Positions 1 through 13,100 of a DNA stretch of 64,000 nucleotides are shown here, piece by piece (the stretch's first letter is position 1; each line of letters begins with the position of its first letter). The position numbers and the translations under genes are program-made. The notes under the pieces are model-generated. The model was not told the DNA's origin, ran no database searches, and worked only from the letters and a program-made list of their open reading frames with translations. Source of the stretch: Malacoraja senta (taxonomy: Eukaryota); assembly GCA_038087875.1 (NCBI GenBank), contig CM075994.1:9114001-9178000 (forward strand), in the 5' to 3' direction.

Positions 1-1420
1 CGGGGAATTACAGACCAGTTAGTCTAACATCGGTAGTGGGGAAACTACTAGAGTCAGTTATTAAAGATGGGATAGCAGCACATTTGGAAAGTGGTGAAAT
101 CATTGGACAAAGTCAGCATGGATTTACGAAAGGTAAATCGTGTCTGACGCATCTTATATAATTTTTCGAGGATGTAACTAGTAGAGTGGATAGGGGAGAA
201 CCAGTGGATGTGTTGTATCTGGACTTTCAGAAGGCTTTCGACAAGGTACCACAAAAGAGATTAGGATACAAACTTAAATCACACGGTATTGGGAGTTCAG
301 TATTGATGTGGATAGAGAACTGGCTGGCAAACAGGAAGAAAAGAGTAGGAGTAAACGGATCCTTTTCACAATGGCAGGCAGTGACTAGTGGGGTACCGCA
401 AGGCTCAGTGCTGGGACCCCAGCTATTTACAATTTATATTAATGATCTGGACGAGGGAATTGAAAGCAACATCTCCAAGTTTGCGGATGACACTAAGCTG
501 GGGGGCAGTGTTAGCTGTGAGGAGGATGCTAGGAGACTGCAAGGTGACTTGGATAGGCTGGGTGAGTGGGCAGATGTTTGGCAGATGCAGTATAATGTGG
601 ATAAATGTGAGGTTATCCACTTTGGTGGCAAAAACGGGAAGGCAGACTATTATCTAAATGGTGGCCGATTAGGAAATGGGGAGATGCAGCGAGACCTGGG
701 TGTCATGGTACACCACTCATTGAAAGTAGGCATGCAGGTGGTATGTTGGCCTTCATAGCAAGCGAATGGTATGTTGGCCTTCAGAGCAAGAGGATTTGAG
801 TATAGGAGCAGGGAGGTTCCACTGCAGTTGTACAGGGTCTTGGTGAGACCACACCTGGAGTATTGCGTACAGTTTTGATCTCCAAATCTGAGGAAGGACA
901 TTATAGCCATAGAGGGAGTGCAAAGAAGGTTCACCAGACTGATTCCTGGGATGTCAGGACTTTCATATGAAGAAAGACTGGATAGACTTGGCTTATACTC
1001 GCTAGAATTTAGGAGATTGAGAGGGGATCTTATAGAAGCGTACACAATTCTTATGGGGTTGGACAGGCTAGATGCAGGAAGATTGTTCCCGGTGTTGGGG
1101 AAGTCCAGGACAAGGGGTCACAGCTTAAGGATAAGGGGGAAATCCTTTAAGACCGAGATGAGGAAAAACGTTTTCACACAGAGAGTGGTGAATCTCTGGA
1201 ACTCTCTGCCACAGAGGGTAGTTGAGGCCAGTTCATTGGCTATATTTAAGAGGGAGTTAGATGTGGCCCTTGTGGCTAAAGGGATCAGGGGGTATGGAGA
1301 GAAGGCAGGTACGGGATACTGAGTTGGATGATCAGCCATGATCATATTGAATGGCGGTGCAGGCTCGAAGGGCCGAATGGCCTACTCCTGCACCTATTTT
1401 CTACGTATCTATGTATCTAT
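1..1420 (+). mobile_element. CR1-clade LINE, young subfamily, 3' part (RT C-terminus and tail); continues left of the window
   Basis: LDFQKAFDKV, GVPQGSVLGP, FADDTKL and HLEYCVQFW motifs; ends in (ATCTATGT)n-type tail; near-identical to 34909-36323. Confidence 0.95.
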
Positions 1421-3455
1421 GTTAGGGATAGAATAAAACTAAAAGGAAAGATGTATAACACAGCAAAGTGTAGCCGGAAGCCAGTGGATTGGGAAAATTT
1501 CATATGACAACAGAAGGAAACAAAGCGGGCAATACGGGCTGAAAAGTTGAAGTACGAGGGAAAGCTGGCCAGGAATATAGAGAAGGACAGTAAAAGCTTC
1601 TTTACATATGTTAAGGGAAAAAGAATAGCAAAGTCAAATGTGGGTCCCTTGAAGGCAGACACGGGTGAAATTATTTGGGTAACAAGGAAATGGCAGAAGA
1701 ATTGAACAGGTACTTCGGATCTGTCTTCACTAAGGAAGACATAAACAATCTGCCAGATGTACTGGGGGACAGAGGATCTAAGGGGGTAGAGGAACTGAAA
1801 TAAATTTTCATTAGTCGAGAAATGCCATTTGGTAGGCTAAAGGGACTGAAGGATGATAAATCCCCTGCGCCTGTAGGTCTGCATCCCAGGGTCCTCAGGG
1901 AGGTGGCTGTAGAAATAGTAGACGCATTGGCGATCATTTTCCAATGTTCAAAAGATTCAGGATCAGTTCCTGTGGATTGGAGGATAGCTAATGTTATTCC
2001 ACTTTTCAAGAAAGGAGCGAGAGAGAAAACGGGGAATTACAGACCAGTTAGCCTGATTTCGGTGGTGGGAAAGATGCTGGAGTCAATTATTAAAGAGGTA
2101 ATAATGGGGCATTTGGATAGCAGTAAAATGATTAGTCCAAGTCAACATGGATTTATGAAACGGAAATCATGCTTGACCAATCTTCTGAATTTTTTAAGGA
2201 TGTGACAAGTAAAATGGATGAAGGGGAGCCTGTGGATGTAGTGTATCTAGACTTTCAGAAAGCCTTTGATGAGGTCCCGCACGGGAGACTGGTGACTAAA
2301 ATTAGAGCACATGGTATAGGGGGTAGGATGTTGACGTGGATAGAAACTTGGTTGACAGACAGGAAGCAAAGAGTAGGAGTGACAGGCAGAATGGCAGGCA
2401 GTGGAGAGTGGAGTGTCGCAAGGCTCGGTGTTGGGGCCGCAACTGTTTACCATATATATTAATGATTTGGAACAGGGAATTAGGAGCAACACTAGCAAGT
2501 TTGCGGATGACACAAAGCTGGGTGGCAGTGTGAACTGTGAAGAGGATGTCAGGAGGTTGCAGGGTGACATGGACAGGTTGAGTGAGTGGGCAGATGCGTG
2601 GCAGATGCGTGGCAGATGCGTGGCAGATGCAGTATAATATAGATAAAGTTGAGGTTATCCACTTTGGCGGCACAATAGAAGGGGGCAGAATATTATCTCA
2701 ATGTGGTTAGGGTAGGTAAGGGGGAGTTGCTGCGAGACCTGGGTGTCCTTGTACACCGGTCACTGAAAGATGGCGTGCATGTACAACAGGCAGTGAAGAA
2801 AGCTAATGGAATGTTGGCCTTCATAACAAGATGATTTCAATATAGAAAGAGGTTCTTCTGCAGTTGTACGGGGCTCTGGTAAGACCACATCTGGAGTATT
2901 GTGTACAGTTTTGGTCTCCGAATTTGAGGAAGGACATCCTTGTGATTGAGGTAGTGCAGCGTAGGTTCACGAGATTGATCCCTGGGATGGCGGGACTGTC
3001 ATATGAGGAAAAATTGAAACGACTAGGCTTGTATTCACTGGAGTTTAGAAGTATGGGGGGATCTTACAGAAACATATAAAATTATAAAAGGACTGGACAA
3101 GCTAGATGCAGGAAAAATGTTCCCAATGTAGGGCCAGTCCAGAACCAGGAACCACAGTCTTAGAATAGAGGGGAGGCCATTTAGGACTGGGGTGAGAAAA
3201 TAAAATTCACCCAGAAAGTTGTGAATTTGTGAAATTCCCTGCCACAGAGGGCAGTGGAGGGCAAATCACTGGATGAATTTAAGAGATAGTTAGATAGAGC
3301 TCTAGGTGTTAGTGGAATCAAGGGATATGGGGAGAAGGCAGGCACGGGTTATTGATTGGGGATGATCAACCATTATCACAATGAATGGCGGTGCTGGCTC
3401 GAACGGTCGAAAGGCCTCCTCCTGCACGTATTTTCTATGTTTCTATGTTTCTATG
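1421..3455 (+). mobile_element. Older degenerate CR1 LINE fragment
   Basis: Frameshifted RT ORFs (1822-2205, 2169-2462, 2401-2637, 2864-3079); (TTCTATGT)n tail. Paralogue at 32441-32628 plus 36324-37708. Confidence 0.9.
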
Positions 3456-3459
3456 GTTT

Positions 3460-3739
3460 GGAGAACAGCGCGGAAACAGGCCATTCGGCCCACCGAGTCC
3501 GAACAATACACTACACACATTAGGGGCAATTTACAGAAATAATGAGCCAATTAACCTACAAGCCTGTATGTCTTTGGAGTGTGGGATGAAACCGAAGATC
3601 TTGGAGCCATCCTACGCAGGTCACGTTGAGAACGTACAAACTCCGTACAGACAGTAACCGTAGTCGGGATTGAACCTGCGTTTCTGCCGCTGAAAGCGCT
3701 GTAAGCCAGCAACTCTACCGCAGCGCCACCCTGCCGCCC
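3460..3739 (-). mobile_element. HE1-like tRNA-derived V-SINE
   Basis: tRNA-like head with A/B boxes followed by V-domain core (GTACGTTCTC...TTCATCCCACACTCCAAAGAC on minus strand). Other copies near 11790-12082, 17925-18215, 19940-20160, 21660-22078, 41147-41440, 49930-50225, 51525-51820. Confidence 0.8.
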
Positions 3740-3984
3740 TAATGATAATTTATTCGCACATGTACCTTGGTGCAGTGAAATGTTTTGTTCTGCATACAAT
3801 CCGGTAATAACCATGTTATCCAGAGTTGCTGCTGCTCCTTTGGGATGTTGTGATCTTTTACTTGTATATATTCCTTGGGTTAATTTCAAACAATATTTCA
3901 GATTGTTTGTTAACACATTGCGGAGATTGGAAATGTTTTATCTGAGATCGGGTTGCAGTGAACGCCATGGAGAGGAGCTTTAGG

Positions 3985-4520
3985 ATTTACAAGACCAATA
4001 TCTGAGGAAGGATGTGCTGGCTCTGGAGAGGGTCCAGAGGAGATTTAAAAGAATGATCCCAGGATTGAGTGGGTTAACATATGATGAGTGTTTGACGGCA
4101 CTGGGCCTGTAACAGCAGGAATTTAGAAGGATGAGAGGGAATCTCATTGAAATTTACTGAATAGTGAACGGCTTGGATAGAGTGGATGTGGAGAGGATCA
4201 TTCCACTAACGAGAAAGTCTAGGACTCGAGGTCATAGTCTCAGAATTAAAGGACGTCCTTTTCGGGAGGAGATGGGGAGGAATTTATTTAGTCAGAGGGT
4301 GGTGAATCTGTGGAATTCTTTGCCACAGTAGGTTGTGGAAGCCAAACCAGTGGATATTTGTAAGGCAAAGATAGATACATAGATTCTTGATTAATACAAG
4401 TGTTAGAGGAAAGGGGAGAATGCAGGAGAATGGGGTTAGGAGGGAGAGATAGATCAGCCATGATTGAATGGCGGAGTAGAATTGATGGACCAATTCTGCT
4501 CCTATCACTTATGACCTATT
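3985..4520 (+). mobile_element. CR1 3' fragment (paralogues about 22320-22860 and 41690-42235)
   Basis: LALERVQRRFxRMIPG-type C-terminal ORF2 sequence and CR1 3' UTR. Confidence 0.8.
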
Positions 4521-6049
4521 GGCTTTATGATCTTATGACCTTATGAGACACATACGTGTATATGCCGGTAGAATGGACATCCATGTAACAGAAGAGACTT
4601 ATTAAAGTTTCGGATACCGCAGGACTTTTACTAACTTTCCAGCGCACATCATTCAGCGTTAAATTGTTGTCATTATTTAAAGAACATGAACAAGATCCTA
4701 TTAATAAAGCGTTCATTATTGGTCTATTATTACAACCTGTAATAATCACTGTCAAATCACACCATTGTGGCGCCATCTTGTGGCCGAGACACCTTGGTGT
4801 CGAAACTTTGTTTGTCGAGCTCGAACTATCGCCTGAACTGACGTGATCTGACATTAGAAAATTCAGAGTTCAATATTGGGTTCTAAGCTACCGAGATGGA
4901 GTATGAGGTCATGTTTATCCAATGGCCTCACTCAGGCAATGGAGGAAACCCAGGGCAGAGGGGTCGGTGTGGGAATGGGAAGGGGAGTTTAAATGGTTTG
5001 AAACCGGGAGATCCATCAGGCAAATGGAACGCAAGTGTACTGTCCGAAGATAGATACAAAAAGCTGGAGTAACTGCGCGGGTCAGGCAGCATCTCTGGAA
5101 AAAAGGAATGGTTGACGTTTCGGGTAAAGACGCTTCGTCAGAGGGTATCGTCGCTTGGGGAAGTGCATCAGGATCTGGGAGTCCTTGGTCATCAGTCAAT
5201 GAAAGTGGGCATGCAGGTGCAGTGGGCGGTGAAGAAAGCGAATGGCATGTTGGCCCTTATTACAAGAGGAGTTGAGTATTGGAGCAAAGAGGTCCTTCTG
5301 CAATTATATAGGGCCCTAGTGAGACCACACCTGGAGTATTGTGTACAGTTTTGGTCCCCTAATTTGAGGACGGACATTCTTGCTATTGAGGGAGTGCAGC
5401 GTAGGTTTACAAGGTTAGTTCCTGGGATTGCAGGACTGTCATATGCTGAGAGAATGGAGCAGCTGGGCTTGTATAATGTAGACCAAATATTGTCTATTGT
5501 TTATTGTCTATTGGCCTGCGTTTGAAATGTAACCACTCTGAGTTGAATCTGTTGTTGCCAGGAACGAACAAACAAGAAGGCGGTGTGGAGTTTTAATGAG
5601 TGTAAGATTTCAGAAATTACATTACCACAAATGGGTGTTGACCCACAACAGTATCAGCACAGCTGACTGAGCTAAAGTTGATTCGGTAATGGGTTTGCTT
5701 TTCTTGGTTTGATCTGCTGGATGAGTTGATTCAAATATGTAGGGAGTTCAACACTTATGGTCTGAGAAATTAAAATAGATACATTAGTATACCACAAGCA
5801 CATGCAGAAAAACATTAATAGCATTGAACACAATTCACTTCAATTATTGTTATTAAAGTTCATGTCAAGTATGTGTCCACATAGCTCCTAGTCATAGAGT
5901 CATCGAGTGATGCAGGGTGGAAACAGGCTCTTCAGGCCCACTTTCCCCACACCGACCAACATGTCCCAGCTAAACCCACCTGCCTATATCCCTCCAAATG
6001 TCCTATCCATGTACCATCCAACTTCTGTATGAGTTCCTTATTTCTGGCC

Positions 6050-6500
6050 AGGTTCGGTTTTCCCTGCCATGTTGCCGTTTTTGTTGTTGCAGCAAGTGTA
6101 CGTTGCAAGAGTGAAGAGGGTTTGCACTAGTTACAAATTTATTGTTGATTTTGTTTATAATATTTTATCTAAGTTTGTTGTACTGACAACCGGACAATGG
6201 AATTCTTACAGACAGCAGCGTAACAGGCCTGTACATACAACAAACTTTGATAAAATATAATAAACAAAACCAACAATAAATTTCTAACTGGTGCAAACAC
6301 GAAAATACAAGAACCTTGGTGCAACACAAGGAAGTGCATGGATGTTCATAGTTGAGCCTGGTCTTCTGTGGTGTTCACGAGCCTGATAGTTGCAGGGAAG
6401 AAGTTCCTGAACCTTGTGGTCACTGTGTTCAGACTCAGACATCTTCTTCTTGATGGTAGGAGTGAAATGAGAGGGTGGCAAAGGTAGTGTGGGATTTCAA
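6050..6500 (-). mobile_element. Rex1/Babar-type LINE 3' fragment (paralogue about 45400-45850)
   Basis: Minus strand reads as a degenerate HPLISLLPS-RR-RSL-TVTTRFRN-FFPATIRL C-terminus. Confidence 0.6.
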
Positions 6501-6529
6501 TGAAATGTATTTCAGATTAGTTCATTAAG

Positions 6530-6890
6530 ATAAGTTAATTTAAGTTAAGTTACGTTTAATTTAGTTTAGTTTAGTATAATTTCGTTTGCTTTGCTTTGGA
6601 TTGGTTTAGTTAAGTTTAGTTACGATTGTTCTAGTTTAGTTAAGTTTAGTTTTTAGTTTAGAGTATTTTAGTTTCGTTTAGAGTATTTAAGTTTTGTTTA
6701 GTTTAGGGTAGTTTAATTTTGTTTAGTTTGGTTTGGTTTGGTTAAGTTTAGTTACATTTAGTTGAGATTTTGTTGTTTAGTTAAGTTTAATTTAATTTAG
6801 TCTCGTAAGAGTTTCGTTTAGGGTATTTTATTTTATTTTAGTGTAGTTTTGTTTAGTTTAGTTTAGTTTAATTTAGTTTAGTTTGTAAGA
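6530..6890. repeat. Degenerate (TTTAG)n microsatellite (paralogue 45875-46228 and 47401-47557)
   Basis: Direct reading of pentamer repeats. Confidence 0.9.
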
Positions 6891-7012
6891 AACTATTTTC
6901 AATGTGGTAGCACCTCGCAGGTGACAATAAAGTGCACCATTGTCCAGTGACCTCAGCTGCTAAAACAACCCACACATGCAGCTGGCAATCGTCGTACCGT
7001 TTGACCAGCCTG

Positions 7013-7170
7013 TTAGGCTTCTTTTCTCCGACTGGCAAATCCACAAGACTCCCATGAGCAGATGATGAAGACTATTATAACGTTGATCACAATGAACGTT
7101 GCAAGTTTCACTCCCATTATCAGCAGCTGCCAACGTAATCTCCACGCGGGGCTTTCTAAAAAGCTCCGGG
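7013..7170 (-). CDS. NCR3: Exon 4: stalk, transmembrane segment with Lys, short cytoplasmic tail
   Basis: Acceptor ttttattcctgcag. Phase-1 reading (P)RSFLESPAWRLRWQLLIMGVKLATFIVINVIIVFIICSWESCGFASRRKEA-TAA. Confidence 0.85.
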
Positions 7171-10100
7171 CTGCAGGAATAAAACATCAAGTTCACAAAT
7201 TACATTCCCAGTTTCTTTCTGTTTCCATCCATTCTTATACACCAAAATGTTCCCACTATCATTCTAACCGAAGACAAATTCATTTGCCTGAAAAAGAACA
7301 ACAGTTGTGGGAACCTTTACACAGAATACAAAGTGCTGGAGTAAGTCAACGGGTCAGGCAGCATCTGTGGAGAACATGGATAGGCGACGTTTCAGGTCGG
7401 CACCCTTCTTCAGCATCTCACAATGTCACCTATCCATGTTCTCCAGACATGCTACCTCGCCCGCTGATTTACTCCAACACTTTGCGTATTTTTGTTTGAA
7501 ACCCGCATCTGCAGTTCCTTTTATCTCCACCCTGATTGCTTGAGGGAATAGCCGAAGCAGCAAATGCCTCTGAGAGCCAGTAGCCTGGCCTCAATGCTGA
7601 CTGCCGGTGTGGAGTTTGCACGTTCTCCATATGATTGCCTGCCTGCGTTTCCCCTGGGCGTTACAGCTTCCTCTCTCATCCCAAAGATAGGTAATGAACA
7701 GCTGTAAATTACCCCTGATATATGGAGGAGTCGGAGTGAGCTTATCGTGCATGTGAATTAAGAGGGAACTGGATTGCTCTTCGATTGAAAGAATGGTCGG
7801 TGTATGGAGCAAGCTGCCAGAGGAGGTCGTTGAGGCTGGGACTATCGCATCGGTTAAGAAGCAGTTGGACAGATACATGGATAGGACAGGTTTCGATGGA
7901 TATGGACCAAGCGCACGCAGGTGGGACTCGTATCGCCGGGACATGTTGGCCGGTGTGGGCAATAGACAATAGACAATAGGTGCAGGAGTAGGCCGTTCGG
8001 CCCTTCGAGCCAGAACCGCCATACACTGTGATCATAGCTGATCATCCCCAATCAGTTGCCCTTTCATTTCGTCTCCCCATATCTCTTGACTCCGCTATCT
8101 TTAAGAGCTCCATCTAACTCTCTCTTGAAAGCATCCAGCGAATAGGCCTCCACTGCCTTCTGAGGCAGATAATTCCAGAGATTCACAACTTACTGGGTGA
8201 AAAAGGGTTTCCTCCTAAGTCCTAAATGGCCTACCCCTTATTCTTAAACTGGGGCCCCTGGTTCCTACATATATAATGAATTTATATGCCTAAATCTGAA
8301 CTGACAAAGCTCCGTTGTTGAGGCGTGTGGTGGCCGGTGTTAAGTTTTTTTTTATAACAGTAAAGACAAAGTTAAGATAACGAAAATACTTACGTGTGAC
8401 TGTGATTTCTGTGCCGTTGCTATTATATATTTCCCCTGTGAAAACAACCACTCGGCAGTAATACTTTCCTGTATCGTTCATTTTGAGGTCAGTGATTTCG
8501 ATGGATTCTTTTAGAATTCCCGGTGAACTATTTTTCAGAACGCGACCATAATAGTCTCCGTTCGTGTTGGAAACGGCACGAGTTTCCACATCTTTGTACC
8601 AACTAATGTGCCCAATTGTCTTGCCAACAAATGTACAATTAATCCGCACAGTCCCGCCTTCAGTAACGTTGACATTAGACGGTGATTGTATAACAGTTCC
8701 TGAAACCAGAAATAATCTTTTAGTTTCGGCGCTGGCCTTTCGGCCACCCAGTCAATGCCATTCATTATACCTATCTTGACAATCTCATTTACTCGCGACA
8801 ATCCGGGTTCGATCCTGACCTCGGATGCTGTCTGTCTGTGTGCAGTTTGCACATATTGCCTGCGTTTTTCCTGTGCGCTCTTGCGTCCTCCCTCAACCCC
8901 TCTCATCCCAAAGACGTGCGTCCTAGATACACAGATACATAGAAAATAGGTGCAGGAGTAGGCCATTCGACCCTTCGAGCCTGCACCGCCATTCAATATG
9001 ATCTTGGCTGATCATCCAACTCAGTACCCCGTACCTGCCTTCTCTCCCTCTTAAATGTAGCCAATGAACTGGCCTCAACTGAGTTGGATGATACCCCCTG
9101 ATCCCTTTAGCCACAAGGGCCACATCTAACTCCCTCTTAAATATAGCCAATGAACTGGCCTCAACTACCCTCTGTCAGAGAGTTCCAGAGATTCACCACT
9201 CTCTGTGTGAAATGGTTTTTTCTCATCTCGGTCTTAAAGGATTTCCCCCTTATCCTTAAGCTGTGACCCCTTGTCCTGGACTTCCCCAACATCGCGAACA
9301 ATCTTCGTGCATCTAGCCTGTCCCACCCCATAAGAATATTGTACGTTTCTATAAGATCCCCTCTCAATCTCCTAAATTCTAGCGAGTATAAGCCAAGTCT
9401 ATCCAGTCTTTCTTCATATGAAAGTCATGACATCCCAGGAATCAGTGTGGTGAACCTTCTCTGCACTCCCTCTGTGGCTATAATGTCCTTCCTCAGATTT
9501 GGAGACCAAAACTGGACGCAATACTCCAGGTGTGGTCTCACCAAGACCCTGTAAAACTGTAGCAGAACCTCTCTGTTCCTATACACAAATTCTTTTTCTA
9601 TGAAAGCCAACATACCATGCGCTTTCTTCACAGCCTGCTGCACCTGCATGCCTACTTTCAATGACTGGTGTACCATGACACCCAGGTCTCGCTGCATCTC
9701 CCCTTTTCCTAATCGGCCACCATTTAGATAATAGTCTGCATTCCTGTTTTTGCCAGCAAAGTGGATAACCTCACATTTATCCACATTATACTGCATCTGC
9801 CAAACATTTGCCCACTCACCCAGCCTATCCAAGTCACCTTGCAGTCTCCTACCATCCTCCTCACAGCTAACACTGCCCTCCAGCTTAGTGTCATCCGCAA
9901 ACTTGGAGATGTTGCCTTCAATTCCCTCATCCAGTTCATTAATATAAATTGTAAATAGCTGGGGTCCCAGCACTGAGCCTTGCGGTACCCCACTAGTCAC
10001 TGCCTGCTATTGTGAAAAGGACCCGTTTACTCCTACTCTTTGCTTCCTGTTTGCCAGCCAGTTCTCTATCCACATCAATACTGAACCCCCAATACCGTGT

Positions 10101-13100
10101 GCTTTAAGTTTGTATACTAATCTCTTATGTGGGACCTTGTCGAAAGCCTTCTGAAAGTCCAGATACAACACATCCACTGGTTCTCCCCTATCCACTCTAC
10201 TAGTTACATCCTCCAAAAATTCTATAAGATTCGTCACACATGATTTACCTTTCGTAAATCCATGCTGACTTTGTCCAATGATTTCACCACTTTACAAATG
10301 TGCTGCTATCCCATCTTTAATAACTGACTCTAGCAGTTTCCCCCCCTACCGATGTTAGACTAACTGGTCTGTAATTCCCCGTTTTCTCTCTGCCTCCCTT
10401 CTTAAAAAGTGGGGTTACGTTTGCTACCCTCCAATCCTAAGGAACTACTCCAGAACCTAAAGAGTTTTGAAAAATTATCACTAATGCATCCACTATTTCT
10501 GGAGCTACTTCATTAACTACTCTGGGATGCAGCCTATCTGGCCCTGGTGATTTATCGACCTTTAATCCATTCAATTTACCCAACACCACTTCCCGACTAA
10601 CCTGGATTTCACTCAGTTCCTCCATCTCCTTTGACCCGCGGTCCCCTGCTATTTCCGGGTGATTATTTATGTCTTCCTTAGTGAAGACGGAACCAAAGTA
10701 GTTATTCAATTGGTCCGCCATATCCTTGTTCCCCATGATCAATTCACCTGTTTCTGACTGCAAGGGACCTACATTTGTTTTAACTAATCTCTTTCTCTTC
10801 ACATATCTATAAAACCGTTTGCAGTCAGTTTTTATGTTCCCTGCCAGTTTTCTTTCATAATCTATTTTCCCTTTCCTAATTAAGCCCTTTGTCCTCCTCT
10901 GCTGGTCTCTGAATATCTCCCAGTCCTCTGGTATGCTGCTTTTTCTGGCTAATTTGTATGCATCATCTTTTGCTTTGATACTATCCCTGATTTCCCTTGT
11001 TATCCACGGATGCACTACCTTCCCTGATTTATTCTTTTGCCAAACTGGGATGAACAATTTTTGTAGTTCATCCATGCAGTCTTTAAATGCCTTCCATTGC
11101 ATATCCACCGTCAACCCTTTTAGAACTAATTGCCAGTTAATCTTGGCCAATTCACGTCTCATACCCTCAAAGTTACCTTTCTCTAAGTTCAGAACCGTTG
11201 TTTCTGAATTAACAATGTCACTCTCCATCCTAATGAAGAACTCAACCATATTATGGTCACTCTTGCCCAAGGGGCACGCACAACAAGACTGCTAACTAAC
11301 CCTTCCTCATTACTCAATACCCAGTCTAGAATAGCCTGCTCTCTCGTTGGTTCCTCTACATGTTGGTTTAGATAACTATCCCGCATACATTCCAAGAAAT
11401 CCTCCTCCTCAGCACCCCTGCCAATTTGATTCACCCAATCTATATGTAGATTGAAGTCACCCATTATAACTGTTTTGCCTTTGTTGCACGCATTTCTAAT
11501 TTCCTGTTTGATGCCATCCCCAACTTCACTACTACTGCTAGGTGGCCTGTAAACAACACCCACCAGCGTTTTCTGCCCTTTAGTGTCTCGCAGCTCTACC
11601 CATACCTGATGGGTAATTAGCAGCTGAAAATTTCCCTTGGTATATGGAGGAGTCGGAGTGACCGTAGCGTAATTGTGAATTTAGAGGGAACTAGATTGCT
11701 CTTCGATGGAAAGAAATGTCTTCCTTGCCTCTTTCTATAAATAGGGGATTTCGCCCACAATGGACAATTGTCGTGTTGGGTTAGTTTAGTTTAGAGATAC
11801 AGTGCGGATACCGGCCCTTCGGCCCACCGAGTCCGCTGCGAGGAACGATACTCGCAAAATAACGCTAATCTGCGCACACCAGGGACAATGTACATTTTTC
11901 ACCGAGGCTAATTTCCCTACAAACCAGTACGTCTTTGGAGTGTGGGTGTAAAACGGAGCTCCCGCTGAAAACCCACGCAGGGAGAACGTAAACTCCGTAC
12001 AGACAGAACCCGTAGTCAGGATCGAACCCGGGATCCCTGGTGCTGTAAGGCAGCAAATCTACCGCCGCGCCACCGTGTTGCCCCTCTCTTCAGCTTTCCT
12101 GAACCCACTGTACTTTCCTTACAGTTCCTCCATCTTCCCCGCCAGGTTATGGTCTTATGTTTGTTATTCCGATTTGTGCTGAAAAATTCATGGATGTTGC
12201 TGCGTCGAAAGCGACCATGAAATCGGCACGGATTATTTCAAATTACGCACCGATCCTCTCTTTGTCCTGTGCACTGATGCACAGTCTCTTGCCCAGAGTA
12301 GGGGAATCGAGGATCAGAAGACAGCGGTTCAAGGTGAAGGGGAAAAGATTTAGTAGGAATCCGAGCGGTTTATTTTCCACAGAGAGAGCGCTCGATGTAT
12401 GGAGAAAGCGGTCAGAGGAGGTCGATGAGGCTCGGACTATCCCATCGTTTAAGAAGGACTTTGGACAGGTACATGGATAGGACAGGTTTCGAGGGATTAT
12501 GGAAAAAGCGCACGCAGGTGGGACTAGTGTCGCTGGGACATTGTTGGCCGGTGTGGGCAACAGACAATAGACAATAAATGCAGAGGTAGGCCACTCGGCC
12601 CTTCGAGCCAGTATCGCCATTCACTGTGATCATGGCAGATCATCCACAATCAGTACCCTGTTCCTGCCTTCTCGCCATATCCCTTGACTCCGCTATCTTT
12701 AAGAACTCTATCTAACTCTCTCTTGAAAGCATCCAGAAAATTGGCCGCCAATTGGTCTCTGAGGCAGAGAATTCCACAGATTTACAACTCTCTGGGTGAA
12801 AAAGTGTTTCCTCATTTCCGTTCTAAATGTCTTACCCCTTATTCTTAAACTGTGTTCCGTGGCTCCTACATATATAATGAATTTCGGTGCCTAAATCTGA
12901 TCTGAGAACGTTTCGTTGTTGAGGCGTGTGGTGGCCGGTGTTCAGAATGGTTTTTAGAACAGTAAAGATACAGTTAATATAACGCATACTTACGTGTGAC
13001 TGTGACTTCTGTGCCGTGGCCATTATATATTTCCGCTGTGAAAACAGTCACTCGGCAGTAATACTTTCCTGCCTCGTTCATTTTGAGGTCAGTGATTTCG

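Noticed and set aside
4525-4854. ORF open in all three units with vague Ig-like spacing (SCSC..VRW..TGIYTY)
   Set aside because: No second Cys or D-x-G-x-Y-x-C, no convincing donor; copies are recent duplicates so openness is uninformative; the L1 insertion hits its 5' part in two units.
13010-13050. Heptamer-like CACAGCG in V1 between the F and G strands, as a possible RAG signal
   Set aside because: No nonamer at 12 or 23 (+/-1) spacing; the best partial match needs a 21-nt spacer. The exons are germline-joined and end at splice donors.
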